Source of the DNA: Basidiobolus meristosporus CBS 931.73
Lineage: Eukaryota > Fungi > Basidiobolomycota
Length of the DNA: 64,000 nt
Assembly: GCA_002104905.1 (NCBI GenBank)
Contig: MCFE01000011.1
Span: forward strand, 62,001 to 126,000
Direction: 5' to 3'
Under the pieces are notes generated by a model, which was not told where the DNA came from, did not search any database, and saw only the letters and a list, made by a program, of their open reading frames with translations. This document shows, in pieces, positions 13,174 to 25,410 of the stretch (its first letter is position 1; each line of letters begins with the position of its first letter). Made by a program: the position numbers and the translations under genes.

Positions 13174-13632
13174 GAGCTAATTGACCACCCAAACCCCAGT
13201 CACCGCGCGACGTTTACTCCCTGCAGGCCAACATCTACTTTATGCTGCTCTAACACTTCACTTCTCCATCTACTTGATATTTCTATTATTTCTCCACCGT
13301 CCCAGGCAATCGCTTGTCTACCAAGATGAGAGCTCATCCAGCAATCCGTCCCTGCGGTCTTCCGGGAAAACAATGTATTCCAGATATCAGAAGGCAACAG
13401 GCTTCTTGGAGCTGCCAATTGGAATCTTATGCTTAACGCCACATATCACAACATTGAATGCCTACCTATTTTATCATCTTTTACTATGTATAATAATTGA
13501 ATTCTGGTGATCCACTGCGATAGCTAGCGCCACGATGAAAACCATCCCATCCAATATCGATGAATTGTACCGGCCCCTGCGGAAGATAAAATTAGATTTG
13601 GACTCAGTTCTGGGAGCATTTTACCACTGTTT

Positions 13633-14088
13633 TCAAAGTTTCACCTCTAGCCACTTCACCATGGACCAGGCTCGGTGCAGCCATATTGCGCGGCACACCC
13701 AATGGCGGTGCCGACCGATTGTTGAAACGTAGTTTGGGACACACCCGTCAGCCAGTGACATTCGCAGCTGCTCGATCCCGCTCTCGCAGAGGATGGGGAG
13801 AATGGCTGCTGAAGGATCGTGCATCGTCTCGATTATGTTCCGCCCCGGAATATCGTGCCAAACGCCGATTTGGCCATGTTGCGTAGTCTCCCTGGTGGGT
13901 CGTGTCAGGATGCTCTCCAACATCACGAGCGATGTGCGACATGATCCACACTTATCGGAGTTTGCGAACTGCCACCAGAGAAAATGGAATGCTTTTTTCA
14001 GCGTGTCGTTTAACGTCGGATCCTGTTGAAATGTACGAGCGACGTTCATCAATTTTGATCCAATCTCTACATCGCAGCGGTGGGACAT
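13633..14088 (-). CDS. Unknown Cys-containing ORF, possibly the 3' part of the gene at 14483-15040
   Basis: 151-aa ORF with protein-like composition; no family recognised. Confidence 0.3.
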   Translation of the reverse strand: MSHRCDVEIGSKLMNVARTFQQDPTLNDTLKKAFHFLWWQFANSDKCGSCRTSLVMLESILTRPTRETTQHGQIGVWHDIPGRNIIETMHDPSAAILPILCESGIEQLRMSLADGCVPNYVSTIGRHRHWVCRAIWLHRAWSMVKWLEVKL

Positions 14089-14482
14089 CCATTTTACGAG
14101 CCCGTTGCTCGTGTCAAATGTCGGCTCAAGCGTACGAGAGCTGCCCTATGTAACGATTGGTGGATTGAACCTCTGGTCGAGGAAATAGCACCCGAAAATG
14201 CACATATGGGCAGTGTTCGGGTGGATTTGTATCTGTAGATGGGAAGTTTATTTGGTTACTGATATGGATGGTGCTTGGGTTGGATAAAACTTCTGGAGAC
14301 CCATGAACGCTAAATGTTGTTGGTGTCATGGACGCCGTAATTATGCACCGATATTCTCCAAAACTTGTGCAGATTACTTAGACATAGGCAGTGGTAGTTG
14401 ACTAGTGGCGGCTGCTTTATTTATGGGACAGTCGGTCTGCTCCATTTCTGAAGACCCTTTCCAAGTCCGGCAAGGCGCTTGT

Positions 14483-15040
14483 TCAATGCACAGAGTTATT
14501 CGGCAAAGTAAACATTGGCACACTGTTGGTGTTGTTGGGAGCGTTTGATGTGTGGGTAGGCTTGTAGGCATCGTCGCTCGTGGAGGACGTATGAGACGAA
14601 TGCCCCAGAGTGGAATTGGAGGGTCCCCAAGAATCTTGCTTGGCGGTCTTCTTCTTGGTAACTACCGTTGGCTGGACCAAAACAGGGGTGGCTTTCTGGT
14701 GAGGGCGGATGGTGGTTAGTGGGTGAAATAATGTCTGGTTCAGGGATCCGTCTGGTTTAATAAGAGTGGAGGTTAAATTAGAGTCGACCGGGACGAGGAT
14801 GATGGTATTCGTCGTTTCCGCCCTTCTCCGTTTATTATAGTAATTTGGAGAAGGTGAGCTTCTCATGCGCTCGTTGGAGTTTTTCGGCACGTAATGCCTA
14901 GTTGTGGTCCACCACAAAACCCTCGATACCAATGCCAGCAGTAACAACCCGATCAGAAGTATCACCACTGTAGCACATCTCCTTGACTGTATCGATCTCT
15001 GTGTCACAGCACTATCTGGGTCAGGTTTGGCAGCAACCAT
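14483..15040 (-). CDS. Putative single-pass membrane protein with Ser/Thr/Pro-rich stalk
   Basis: Hydrophobic stretch ATVVILLIGLLLLALVSRVLWW followed by an S/T/N/P-rich region; 185-aa ORF. Confidence 0.4.
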   Translation of the reverse strand: MVAAKPDPDSAVTQRSIQSRRCATVVILLIGLLLLALVSRVLWWTTTRHYVPKNSNERMRSSPSPNYYNKRRRAETTNTIILVPVDSNLTSTLIKPDGSLNQTLFHPLTTIRPHQKATPVLVQPTVVTKKKTAKQDSWGPSNSTLGHSSHTSSTSDDAYKPTHTSNAPNNTNSVPMFTLPNNSVH

Positions 15041-16270
15041 CGTGAAAAACCGATGAAATGAAGCGAGGGGCCCAAACTTCTTTTAAAGAGGGGCGGGCGC
15101 CGGAATGTGGCTAGACTAGAGTAGGGCATGTTGGAAACAAAACGTTTGGCTTCATAATCGACTTCAAATCGACTCAAAGCCTCACTCCATATGCCCTGTG
15201 GCATTTCGGGTAAGAGGATCGCACCACATTGATGTTGCGAGACCGGGATTCCCATTGTTTTTGACGCTATTGCCACGGCTGTGCCGCCGAGGCTTTTCAT
15301 GCAGACATGAGAGGGTCCGGTGGAGAATACTCAGGCCCATGTTGCTCAATAAGAAGTGGTGGAAGTCGGAATTAGTGCGGGTGGTATACGTCTCCGATCG
15401 TTTGATGATCTCAAATCACATAGGTTGTGATCCTCTGTCCAAGTAGTATAGGCTAATCCGACCCAACCAACCAACACACCTTCGTGAGTAGCAGCTGAAA
15501 CGTCGATCTGAACGATGTTCTCAGGCCAAATCCATGGTACCAGCTCATGGGCTTGCCTTTCGATCATCACCTATTCTCAATGATGGAAATCTACAGTAGT
15601 GTTTATTGACTATTTCTACAAGGAAGCAAGGACAGGCTATATATGTTACAGTGACGAGACTACATCAACCTTTTAAGAAAGACTCATTTGACTAAAGGAG
15701 AGGCTTGCATTTTGGATGTTTATCAAGGAGTGTGCACGAATTTGCTTTCGGGCTGCAGCATTAGGAGGAGTGCTCGGCGCCGCACCGGGAGAGATTGCTT
15801 GACGTTTGTGAATGGGGTAAGGCTCGAACCGCTCCTCGAGCACTACAGTCCAAGGTCAATAAGAATCACACATCTCCATTAATGGGATGCCACTTACTTT
15901 TTCGTTTGGGTTGAGAGGGCGTTGAATTCCAAAATCCAGGGCTATAAGGTGTTAGTCCCGAGCTGGATGTGCAGGAGGACGTAGGGGATGGCGTGTTTTC
16001 TTCCCGATAGTAAGCCTTCGAGGGGTTATATTAGTCAACCTTCGACTGATACAAAAACAAAATGTTGCTGTACTTGGTTTTCCGGGTTCAGTTTGGAAGG
16101 AACATAGGTGGGGCTATCGGGGACCTTGTAGTACTTCGAGTAGAGTTCCTATTGAAAGTCGGTAAACTAGAGGCAAGTAAGGGGTGGGATGCGTTGAATT
16201 TACCAGCTCCTTGTCCTCTGTTTGCATTTCGTTCTCGTTCGTTTCGTGTGTGATCGCGTTCAGTTGGTTT

Positions 16271-16801
16271 TCATGAGTTATCTCCCTTTCGAGAGGATGT
16301 GCTTCTTCCTGGAATCCATAATATGTTGAGTGATGAGAATTCGCGACAAATGGCTGCTGCCAAACCGAACCTCCAAGGCTGATATGATGCGGAAAATCCC
16401 TTTGCTTTTCTTGCTCTAGTTAGAAATGGACGGTTTAGCCGGGTCTCCTCAACTATTTTGAAGGACCAACTTACCAATCTGCCACCTGCCCGAATAGGTG
16501 TCTTTGGCGAAGATAAGGGAGAAAGAATCGCCGACTTGGGGACTGAACTCTGGCTATCACTAGCAGGGCTCGGTGCTGATTCCATGGTATAACTTGCCGA
16601 AAGAGGAGGGACAATTATGGGTGAAGGGAAGCTGAAGCGGCTCTTCCGGGAAGAGGGGCGGCTGGAGGATAAAGGGACGAAGTGGAAGTTGTTTTTGTGG
16701 TTTAGCACAGAACCACCAGTATCTTTTGCGTTGGTTGGGCTGGTAGAATCGGACATCAAGAGACAAATGACTATGGCCCAGTGGCCCATTGTCATTCTCA
16801 A
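16271..16801 (-). CDS. Ser/Pro-rich ORF, probably the last exon of an unresolved gene
   Basis: 176-aa low-complexity ORF; upstream exons could not be resolved. Confidence 0.3.
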   Translation of the reverse strand: MRMTMGHWAIVICLLMSDSTSPTNAKDTGGSVLNHKNNFHFVPLSSSRPSSRKSRFSFPSPIIVPPLSASYTMESAPSPASDSQSSVPKSAILSPLSSPKTPIRAGGRLVSWSFKIVEETRLNRPFLTRARKAKGFSASYQPWRFGLAAAICREFSSLNILWIPGRSTSSRKGDNS

Positions 16802-18059
16802 ATATGAGCTCAGAAAAATCCAACCGCCACGCCTCTATCCAATCAACCACCACGGGGATACATCACGAGTGCATTGGGTGAATGTTCAGGTAGAATCTTT
16901 CCATTTGGCTTGGAAAATTGACTTCATAGCATACGTGGGAAACAATCTCTCATTTGTACTTCTACAAATGAATTCCATCTTGACACAAATGAGGTCAAAT
17001 TAACCAATTTCTCGACATGAATAAAGCATTGTAAATCTCCAAATGATATTGCATCTACCTGCCATTGTACTCGGTCACATCATGGTTGGCCATGCTGAGG
17101 TCGGTACATGATATCAACCATCACCTATGAGGACATTGGTACACATCCCGTCCCCAGACCCCAGATAGTGCACCATTAGCCTATCAGTGAGAAAATTACA
17201 ACATCTCCGATACGTTGATGCTACATCCAGCCGTTCCGTTAGACTTGAGGCCTGGATCCCTGCGATGTCGCTGAGGATCTCCAAAGCAGTCCTAGCACCA
17301 AGATCAAGCGTTCTTTTTCAACTCTGCCACTTCTATAGTGTTGCCTGAATCTATTCACCGCCAGCAACCGTATGCATACTGAAATGATGCTCATATGAGA
17401 AGCGGTGGCGTAGAGTTAGGTTTCCAAACCCGCCTATAAGGGAGCCCGCCCACTATGCATGCAGGAATCCACATCATGCTCTAGATTCAGTATGTCTCGC
17501 ATCTCATGACCAGATTAGTGCTGATCCATAGCCAATGTCTTTCATTTGGCTTGTTGGCGATTTTCGGCTAGTCATGGGATACTTTTGTATATCAACCGCT
17601 CTATTGACTAATTCATAGGCTGCAGAATATTGGGGGCATTGTTGGATGAGCTAATGCATTAAACACTTAGTTAGCTGTTCTGTTGCTTGCGCAAAGCAAG
17701 ACTAATACATCCTATGAAATCGATTTCTATCAACCAGACACATGTATTTGTTATGTGCTTGGAATTGAGGAGGGCCAATTGGTTAGGTGGTATATTTAAT
17801 AAGCCAACGAAATTAGCCATGAATTGCAATCACTAGGGTAGAAAGTATATCTAACATGTGCAGAGGCCAAAAGTACTGCCCTAGAGAAAAGCTTCTAGCA
17901 TCGCTGATTTTGGCCTACTAAAAGAATTGGTAATACATCACATGCAAGCAGCTTTGATTAGATGCCAAAGCTCATGTATCCTAGAGCAACCTGCCCACAC
18001 ATGTAACTCTTCCGCAGGCTAATTCACTTGGATTGGTTGCAAATTTTGTAATTACCTCT

Positions 18060-19150
18060 AGATACTCATTTAACTTAGTCACTTAGATAATAGTCTACAA
18101 ATCTTAGAGAATTCTGCTCAAATTCCTTGTTGGTACTAACTTGGGATTTTCATGTTCTGGGTACCTGATTTTTTGGTGAGAATATTCCAAGTTATCCAAA
18201 CTGTTGTAAGTCTTGGAAATATTGGAAGTGATTGGGAGTACAAGTAGATTATGTGGTTTTCACTTAATGATGTATTGAATGTAAGAGTGGTATTTATACC
18301 TTTACATGGTCTTGTCATCATAAACATGTAGAATAGGCTCAGAAAGGTCCCAAGAGAATGTGTGCAAAGTTTGGGGCTGTTGGGACAACTTTGAGAATTC
18401 TCATGTTTTGGGTACTGGATGTTTTGGTAAGAAAATATTCCAAGTAAGTCCCAATAAGGAATTTGGCCAGAGTTCCCTAAGATTCTTGGGTAATGATCAA
18501 AGTGACTAAGTTAGGTGAATATTTAGTTCCAGCATGAAAAGTTGGATTTCTACCTTATTGCTTACATCCCTGAGTATCTTGAAATAATACAATAGGGGCT
18601 TTTCAACATAAGCCCAAGTCTTTGGAAAGCTTTCTAAACCATGTTGCTTCTTTTGTTGCTTCACAGGCTGCCATCTACTCTGCTGCTGTGGTGGAAAGTG
18701 CTAAGGTTAGTTGCTTTCTTAAGTTCCATGAAATTGCTCCTTTACAGTAACAAAGGTGTATCCTGTGGCAGGTCTTTTGTCATCAAAATTGCATCCCCAA
18801 TCACCATTGGAGTACACCACAAGATCTGTTCTGAATCCTTATTAGTGTGCCTTAAGCAGATATCAGTAATTCCTCTGGAGTATCTAAAAATTGGCTTAAC
18901 TGCTATAATATAATCCAATCAATAGTTCTAATTATGCTGGCTGGCAACTCCTAATGAATATGAGATATTTTAACATGTTTCAAGCATGATATACATCCAA
19001 CTGCCAACCAAAGATTGAAAAGGAATTTTGGGCTTTTAAGTGGCATTAAGTTCTCTTGTTTGGTTGAGTATTGACCAAGTTACAGCTTATCCCCATTAGT
19101 GTAGCTACTGTTTACAGTCTTCCATTTGTTACTTCTCCTGTATATCTTGA
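18060..19150 (-). mobile_element. Copia family A: LTR fragments plus degenerate RT/RNaseH fragment
   Basis: LTR copy from ~18202 (tgttgtaagtcttgg...); 18530-19150 is collinear with the RT/RNaseH region at ~54340-54960. Confidence 0.8.
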
Positions 19151-19154
19151 ATAT

Positions 19155-21030
19155 TTTGTAAAAATTTGCTATTCCACCTAAATATTCTCCTAGCTTAGTC
19201 ACTTAGATCACTACCTACAGATTCTATAGAATACTGACCAAATTCCTTGTTAGGATTTAGTAACAATATTTTCACCTAAATATTAGGTATCCAGAACATG
19301 AATATTCTCAAACCTGCCTAAACGGCCCCAAACTTTGCACACATGTTCTTGGGACCTTCCTGAAACTATTTGACAGGTTTGTTATACCAAGACCATGTAA
19401 AAGTATAACACTACTTTTACATTCAATAAATCATGAGGTGAAAACCACAGAATCTATTTATTCTCCCAATCACATCCAATATCTCCAAGACTCAGACAAC
19501 ATACTATGAGCCCCAAGCTGGCACTCTCTGCAATATCTGCCACTGCTATTACTGTAAATATTTCCCCTGCTGAAAAGTTGGATGGATCTAACTACCAAGT
19601 GTGGAGGTGAAGATGAAGATGCTGCTACAAGAAAGTGGCCTTTGGGATATTGTCATAGGAGAGAATACCCTCCAAAAGATGTGGGAGAGGAAGCCTTAAA
19701 GTACCAGAAGACAGAACAAAGTGACTTTAACTGTATTGCCTTAATGTCAAAGACAAATTGCCAATTCAATGCTCAGGAGTAAAAACAGCAAAGAATGCCT
19801 GGAAGGCATTAGAAGACACATACCAGTCATGTTCAGCTGCTAAGAAGATGTATCTTGGACAATAGTTCTTCACTACAGAGATGCTGCCAGGAGGAGAAAT
19901 GAACAATCTTATTAGCAGAATTACCCTGCAGGGGGATGAGATAGAATCTGTAGGCATGCCAATTACTGATGAGGATGTCATAGTTACCATCCTGAATAGC
20001 CTGATTGACAAGCTTTAGGGCCTTGTATCAGCCCTAGAGTCCAGAACTGCAGATTTGACCTGAAATTACATATATAGAAGGCTTCTGGATGAAGAACTGA
20101 GAAAATCAAGCACAAATAAGAAGGAAGAAGAAGATGCCTTAATAAGCAATGCTAACCAACAAAGGAGATACCAAGTGTTGTAAGAGTCTTGGAGATATTG
20201 GAAGTGATTGGGAGGACAAGTAGATTATGTGGTTTTCACTTGATGATTTATTGAATGTAAAAGTAGTATTTATACTTTTACCTGGTCTTGGCATAAAAAA
20301 CACGTAGAATAGGTTAAGAAAGTCCCAAGAACATGTGTGCAAAGTTTGGGGCTGTTTGGACAACTTTGAGAATTTTCATGTTCTGGGTACCTGGTATTTT
20401 GGTGAAAATATTCTAAGTAAATCCCAACAAGGAATTTGGTCAGTATTCTGTAGGATCTGAAGGTAATGATCTAAGTGACTAAGTTAGGTGAATATTTAGG
20501 TGAAATACAAATTTTTACAACACCAAGACCATTTAAAGGCAATAGAAACATGTTTTGCAATTACTGCAAAAGGAAAGGACACATATCAGTCTGGTACCTC
20601 AAAATGACATAGTCAGCAGAAGAAGCCTGGATATGGAAATGCTGCAACAACTGAAGATAGACTATTCATATCTTCACTAAATATGACCATAAACAAGGAT
20701 TCTCAGGTGTGGTATATTGACTCTGGAGCATCTCCACATTTTACACACCAAAAAGAACTTTTTATGCAATATCAGGGAATTTCAATTAATAAGGTCTTCA
20801 CAAGTGACAATGGAACACTTGATGCAGTTGGAGAAGGAGCTATACAAGTGAGCCTCAGAAGCAGTGAAGGAAGCCACACATTTACCTTCAAAGAAGTACC
20901 CTATGTACCAGAAATAGCTGAGAACATACCATCAATAAGCAAGTCCACTGCAAAAGGACTTGGTTTCAGCTTTGAGAGTTCTGGATGCAGGATCACTGAT
21001 CAAAATGAGAGATTCTGTATGTCCTACTAT
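19155..21030 (+). mobile_element. Copia family A, 5' part (LTR ~19155-19501, gag, protease), truncated and degenerate
   Basis: LTR ending ...ccaagactcagacaaca, gag start atgagccccaagctg, protease WYIDSGASPH in ORF 20683-21075; many stops. Confidence 0.85.
20176..20522 (-). repeat. Solo LTR of copia family A (347 bp) with 5-bp TSD CCAAG, inserted in gag of its own family
   Basis: TGTTG...CAACA termini; CCAAG at 20171-20175 and 20523-20527. Confidence 0.92.
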
Positions 21031-21099
21031 AATTACTGCAGTCTAAAAGTATGCATTTTACACTTTTTTGCTTAAATTTTGATTGATATCTGGTCAGTT

Positions 21100-21800
21100 T
21101 CTTGGCATATGCAGTGCACCCAAGTATCCTTAGATGTTCTGCACTTGGCCTGCATCCAAACTATGCTCTAAAGGAAGTAGAATCATCAAGTATTCTGCTA
21201 TAACACCTATCTTTGTGATATATAGCTGCAGCACCTGATGTTCTTTGCAAATATTCAGGAGGTATTCATGACAGAAGTGGCAACAACCAAGCATACGTTT
21301 GTAAGATGTATATGCTACCAGCAGTACATGGTATATGGCAACTTTGCAAGTATCACACTAAAAAGCCATAAAGTTGAGGTGATAGAAGTGTGTCAATTGT
21401 GGCAGGTGTGCGCATTTGTAGAGGTTAGTAAGCAGGAGGACATAGTTTTTTTTGATTTGAACTATATGTGGAATACCCAAGGTAGTAGTGGGTAAGCAAA
21501 TAAAGAAAGGTGATTCTACAATGGAATATATGAATTGCACAAGGGGAGGTAGAAAAAGGAAATACCACTTGGTAAATTGGTATGGTAGCATTATACAGAA
21601 CCAGTGGCAGGCTGTCATACTGCTGAGACAAAAGCCATCAGAGTCTTGCTGTGAGGCTGTCAAAATACCGTCAAGTTTCTTGCCATATAAGGCACTTGGA
21701 AGTCCTGGCAAACTGGATCCACTTAAAATAGTGATAGAGCTCTGAAAGACCGCAATAATAACATGCAAATATCTTCACAGCACCAATCAAAAATTGTCAA
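21100..21800 (+). repeat. 3' segment of the CACTA-like family, inverted relative to other copies
   Basis: Reverse complement of ~39300-39900 and ~48340-48750. Confidence 0.7.
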
Positions 21801-21802
21801 GT

Positions 21803-22498
21803 TGTTGTATCCAAGAGAAAGTGTAATAAAACTCTTGAATGGTTTAACTGAACCAAAGGGACAATTAAGTGCAGAATCTTAGAATTGTCAGAGAGTGGCG
21901 GAAATATTAGCAGAAAGATTCTGATCTAATATTGGTCTTGGATATAGCTGGGTTGGCTATAAAGACAATGATATTTGTTTGCTAGGCAGGCTAGGCTTGG
22001 TGTTCTTTGGAGTGCTAGATATACTAGGCTTGAATAGAAACTAGAACAGAATTGTTGGATTCTTATTTTTGCTGAGACAGAATCTTAATTTCATTGAGAC
22101 ACACACTAAACCAAAAGGTTCAGTAACTTTATTTATACTTTTCTGATCAAGTTGAATTAGTAAGCGCCAAGGGACTGGATTGATTGAAATCAATTTGGGT
22201 GTTCATAGGTGCATAAGATAAATGAAAATTACATCATCAATCAACTGATGTCTTGGCAACTGCACAGTGGTTGGATAGATCTCAGATGACTAATCACCTG
22301 GGAAGGCTTGGCAGATAGGTTGATAATGTAATGACCATTTGAAAATAGGTCAGGTGTGATAGCTAAAAATAGATTCTGAGGTGGGATAAAATAAACTGTA
22401 ACTGGGATTTGTAATGTTTGGGTTAGGGAAAATCAGTTAGGGTACTAGATTTTCAAACAGAGTAAAATTGGCCAAGTCTTGAATGTTGATGCACAACA
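21803..22498 (-). repeat. Solo LTR (696 bp) of the chromoviral gypsy family with 5-bp TSD CAAGT
   Basis: TGTTG...CAACA ends; CAAGT at 21798-21802 and 22499-22503; reverse-complement match to 35600-36295. Confidence 0.85.
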
Positions 22499-22979
22499 CA
22501 AGTTTTATCCCTTTATTTGGCTGTAAAATTTGCAAAACACTGTCATAATGTGGTGGTGTATAGGTCCAAGGGAGAGATACGTCCAACACTTCTCAAGTGT
22601 CTTGTGTGTGGGGTGTTCACTGGGTGCGATAACCTCTGGCAAAAGCTTGCTAGGAATACTTGGGTTCTGTCTCTAATCTAATGTGAAGGGGAATAAAGCC
22701 ACAAGCTTGTCAAGGGAAAACTATTGAGCTACAATCCCCAACTTAGTTGGCGTCTTAACAAAAGTATGTGCTGGGTTCAGCATCCTTTGAGATGACAATG
22801 TACTAAAGATTTCAAAGTCAAAACAACTATAAACTCCACCAGCAGGGACTTGATGAGAATGCAGCTGTGGTCAATAGTTACAAAGACAGAAAAGTATCTT
22901 TGCCTGTACAAGAACAAACTTGGGAAAGAATCAAATATAATAAACAATAACTACTCTGAGAATTCCTCACAAGTAGTGC

Positions 22980-23620
22980 CTCCAAGGTCAGTTGGCTGTC
23001 AGCGCAGTTTCCTGGGAGTGTCCTGTGGTCTGGGGTTGGAAGTTCAGGTAGCAGCAGGTAGCAGTGATCACACTAATCAACAAGTTGGTATATTGATAAA
23101 AGGGATGATGATTTATTGTAGAGGGATAGCCTCCCTTATATACTTTTCTCACTAGCTAAGTGATTACCAATCATGGTGTTCCAGAAGGTTCCGGATATCA
23201 ATTGAAATCTTAATGACATCAGAATGACCTAAGAATGTTCTAAGTAGGTGCCGGAAGGTTCTAAGAGGCACAGCACATCCAACCAATCAGGAATCAGTAT
23301 TCTGAAACCTGTGTAACATGGGGATACCATATATGGTATGGAAATGCTAGGGATGGTGACACGGGTTGATCATGTGTCACAAGTACTGGCGCAGGTACTT
23401 GCCTAATATAGAAGCACTTATAGCTAGTAATCTACATAAAGTGAGGGGTAACTTATGCAATAAGGTAAGCAGGTGTGATAGTCAACCAGCTTATGGGATA
23501 GTACTGATTGGGTAAGACAAATGGGATAAAACTAAAATAAATGTAGTAGAGATATAGGGAAGTAGAAAATGAGGGAATGAGCACATCTGTCAGTGGGTGT
23601 CACTGTCACCCCACTACAAC
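22980..23620. repeat. Interspersed repeat segment; inverted copy at ~44500-44880
   Basis: ataaaagggatgatgatttattg...cctcccttatata matches the reverse complement of ~44720-44860. Confidence 0.65.
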
Positions 23621-23989
23621 AATCTTGTTATAAGATTATCAGGAGGGTCACTAATTTCAGGCTGCTGATATTATGATGGTCTCTAAACAGGATCTTGACA
23701 GTTGATCTGGATTGGATCCACCTGCAGGACCAAATTACTTTTCATAGGGTATGCTTAGTTGTCACCACTTCTGCCATGAATACCTCCTCAATACCTGCAA
23801 AGAACTTTTTGGTATTTAGCCAATATATTCCTTCTCCCTGCTGGATTCTAATTCCCCATATAGGTGTGCTCTGGCTCTTGTTTGTGTGAGTTTTGTATTG
23901 AGTGATGTAGAAGTTGGCTTGTGACCAAGAGAAATCTGGCATACCTTAGTAGAGTTTTCCTAATAGAAATTAGTTGCTTGTTGCACCCA

Positions 23990-25371
23990 ACACAACTTTG
24001 TATTACCTAACTGATTACGCACATGTTAGGGCTGCTTAGCTTCCTGATGCCATCAGCACAGGTGTCTCCATGTGCACATCCATCCTCAGTATTTTCCAAC
24101 TCTTCCTGGCTGTCCTCCATGTGCTAGCTCATCACATCCATGACAGACTTGAAGGTAACACTCTTGATAAGAATGGGATATTGCAGTACCTACAACTTGA
24201 CTTGTCTTCATATCTCCCCACACATCTGCTCCATATGAAACTCCCAAAAGGTGAAGCCAGGCCCAATATTCCCCACACACCAAGCAAGATGGAGTAGAGA
24301 ATGGATACAGTAGCAACAGAGATTAATGTGTTCAGCTTTATGTTTGTAGTATAGCTGCTCAAATCCTATTACAAACTCCTTGCACAACAGCTATAGATAT
24401 GTTAAGTTGACATTGGTGATTTGCTTCTGGATAAATATTCCTACAATGTCCACATAAGACTCCCAATACTGCTAATGTACTCTTGGTAGGAATGGCTTCA
24501 GAAGGCCACTTTAATTGATACATATCCTGTTCATCCAGTCTTTGCATTGGTATTGTTGCATATGCATATGAATATTGATTGAAGCCTGTGAGAAGTACTA
24601 AGGGTAGCAGATACTGTGTAATATCTTGCCAATTATTTTAAATTTCTCTAGTATCTCAAAGGGCTCATTTATCTTGAAATGTCACATGCACAACTTGGTC
24701 ATCAGTATAGGGATATTTTTGAGTAGCAAATGCATTGCTCCCAGTGGAAAGCATTTGCTCCTACAGATACCCTCCATCTTAAGTATATCTGGTTTCCATT
24801 GATTCCATATTCTGGCCAATTGCTTATAGCTTTCCAACTTTGCTGCAATTGCAAGCTGACTTCTGTACATTCTCTCTGTAGGAAGATGTTATACTTAGTA
24901 TTGGTGTTTGCGTAATAACAATGTGTGTGCAATATGGAGTAAATACCCTGAATCTCACACATTTGACTGCTATGCCATTCATTGTTCCCAGAAAAGCCGG
25001 ATATCTTGCTGATGGCTGGGGTATCTTCAATGCAGATAATAATATGCACTTTTACATGACAGCCATTTGCTGTTATCCTGCTGGAAAGCCTACAAAACTC
25101 ATCCAGCAATGGATACCGGTAGCTATCCAGGTTTGATGGTGATTTAGCCCCAGATACCAGTGAGACTACCATCAGATTTTTTGCTCTGATACTGTATGAT
25201 AGGTGTCAGATTCAGGTTGATGAGAATCAGTGGCCAGCAGGATTTGCTGGCAGAGTACTTGCTTAATGAAAATCCATCAAGGGCTAAGGCAAAGGCCTGG
25301 TCATACATGCTTTCAAAGTAGCCCTTGCTGCTTAGCAGTTTGTAATATTTGCCCACAAATCTAATCAAACC
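23990..25371 (-). pseudogene. CACTA/EnSpm tnp2-family transposase pseudogene, C-terminal part (copy 1)
   Basis: Fragments ALALDGFSLSKYSASKSCWPLILINLNL, KSPSNLDSYRYPLLDEF and IICIEDTPAISKISGFSG, plus a DUF4218-like tail; typical of fungal Transposase_21 proteins. Confidence 0.8.
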
Positions 25372-25410
25372 CAATGTTTACTTGACATTATCGATCTCTG
25401 TTCTACTAAA

